Source: a candidate division FCPU426 bacterium
GTDB taxonomy: Bacteria > Oederibacteriota > Muellerivitia > Muellerivitales > Muellerivitaceae
Direction of reading: 5' to 3'
Assembly: GCA_963830915.1 (NCBI GenBank)
Contig: CAWHOE010000040.1
Location: 1-37,124, forward strand
Length of the DNA: 37,124 bases
A model generated the notes under the pieces. The model did no database searches. It saw only the letters and a program-made list of their open reading frames with translations, and had not been told where the DNA came from. Both the position numbers and the translations under genes were made by a program. Of the stretch, positions 35,960-37,124 are shown one piece after another. Numbering within the stretch: the stretch's first letter is position 1; every line of letters begins with the position of its first letter.

Positions 35960-36583
35960 ATGCCGACACTAGTCCTGGTCCGTCATGGTCAATCCCAATG
36001 GAATTTGGAGAATCGATTCACCGGATGGGTAGATGTTCCCCTTTCCCCTCTTGGCGAACAGGAAGCCCGCCAGGCGGGCGAGAAGCTCAAGGGTTACAAA
36101 TTCGATGTGGCCTTTACCTCGGCCCTCCAAAGGGCCCAGCGGACCTTAGCGATCATCATGCAGGTCGCCGGCATCAAGGATCTTCCCTGCTATATGGACC
36201 AGGCCTTGAACGAACGCCATTACGGTGGACTTCAAGGTTTGAACAAGGCTGAAACCGCCCAGAAGTACGGCGAGGAGCAGGTCAAGATCTGGCGCCGCAG
36301 TTACGATGTCCCGCCACCGAAGGATGATACCGGTTACTCCGAATCCCTCAAGGACACCGCCGCCCGCACCCTGCCTTACTACGAAAGCCATATCACGCCT
36401 TATCTGAAACAAGGCAAGAACGTCCTGGTCGCGGCCCACGGAAATTCGCTGCGGTCCATCGTCATGTTCCTGGACAACCTGACCAAGGAACAAGTCATCG
36501 CCCTGAACCTGGACACCGGCATCCCCCGGGTCTATGAGATGGACACCAACTTGAAGGTCCTATCCGCCAAGGACCTGAGATAG
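35960..36583 (+). CDS. gpmA: 2,3-bisphosphoglycerate-dependent phosphoglycerate mutase
   Basis: [53 protein letters not shown]. Confidence 0.97.
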   Translation: MPTLVLVRHGQSQWNLENRFTGWVDVPLSPLGEQEARQAGEKLKGYKFDVAFTSALQRAQRTLAIIMQVAGIKDLPCYMDQALNERHYGGLQGLNKAETAQKYGEEQVKIWRRSYDVPPPKDDTGYSESLKDTAARTLPYYESHITPYLKQGKNVLVAAHGNSLRSIVMFLDNLTKEQVIALNLDTGIPRVYEMDTNLKVLSAKDLR

Positions 36584-36614
36584 GCCTTTTCTTCTCGGCC
36601 AATTGGGAACGATC

Positions 36615-37124
36615 TTGATACGAAACCCTCAACGGATCATCGCCGCTGGGTTTTGTCTTGTCTTGTTATTGTCCCTTCCTCAACCAGGCTGCGCCCCATC
36701 ACGAACGCTTATATCGAAAGCGGGCCCCAACGACCCTCCCGAATTGACGACAGCGCAGTTGATCGGCCTCCAAAAACCTCCAGGAATGGTGACCGACCCC
36801 GTGACGGGAAAAAGGGCCCTGAAAGCCGTGATGGAAGCCTTCTGGAAATTAAGGGACCGGGCCACCCACGACGGATGGAGCTTGGTCTTGGTCTCGGGGT
36901 TCCGATCCTTCGAAGGCCAGCGGTTACTTTGGAATAGGTATTACGACCAGGCCGCCAAGGATAACCATTGGGATGAGAGAAAGGGCGTCCGTACGGTCAT
37001 GAAATACACTTCCGTCCCAGGTTTATCCCGTCATCACTGGGGAACGGAACTGGATATCTCGGAAAAATCCCTGAGAGGACAACTTCTCACGCCCGAGGAA
37101 GAGATCTCCCCTAAAGTTCTGGAG
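36615..37124 (+). CDS. M15B/VanY-like D-Ala-D-Ala carboxypeptidase, partial (not in ORF track)
   Basis: Own translation from TTG 36615: signal-like N-terminus, VSGFRSFEGQRLLWN..SVPGLSRHHWGTELDIS; open to the window end. Confidence 0.85.
   Translation, partial: MIRNPQRIIAAGFCLVLLLSLPQPGCAPSRTLISKAGPNDPPELTTAQLIGLQKPPGMVTDPVTGKRALKAVMEAFWKLRDRATHDGWSLVLVSGFRSFEGQRLLWNRYYDQAAKDNHWDERKGVRTVMKYTSVPGLSRHHWGTELDISEKSLRGQLLTPEEEISPKVLE

Overview
The window has two parts. (1) 1-~16570 is the right-hand part of a tRNA-Leu(CAA)-anchored integrative, probably mobilisable, island; its left end and any integrase lie outside the window. Inward from the tRNA it carries att-proximal repeats, a VirD4/TraD-like coupling protein coupled to a Replic_Relax-type relaxase-like gene, and a HigBA-like toxin-antitoxin pair with a perfect palindromic operator. 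Next come an AT-rich cargo block (a divergent SecY paralogue fused to a DUF2007-like domain, between two paralogous membrane proteins with GspG-like C-termini), an SRAP peptidase and a truncated S53 protease. A ~1.8 kb highly structured non-coding region then precedes a leading-region-type operon (ardC, radC, DUF2958, small Zn-finger/hypothetical genes) containing two copies of a covarying hairpin. (2) 16573-37124 is GC-rich core chromosome: tRNA-Leu, RluA-family synthase, priA, peptide ABC transporter, secA, ligA, metallophosphoesterase, nusB, riboflavin operon with yaaR, gpmA and a partial M15 carboxypeptidase. Its intergenic spaces hold several families of small palindromic repeats, including a GIY-YIG gene bracketed by 56-bp inverted repeats. 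Several single-base frameshifts, two in the essential ligA, suggest sequencing indels rather than true pseudogenes. All family calls come from motif recognition by eye; no searches were run.
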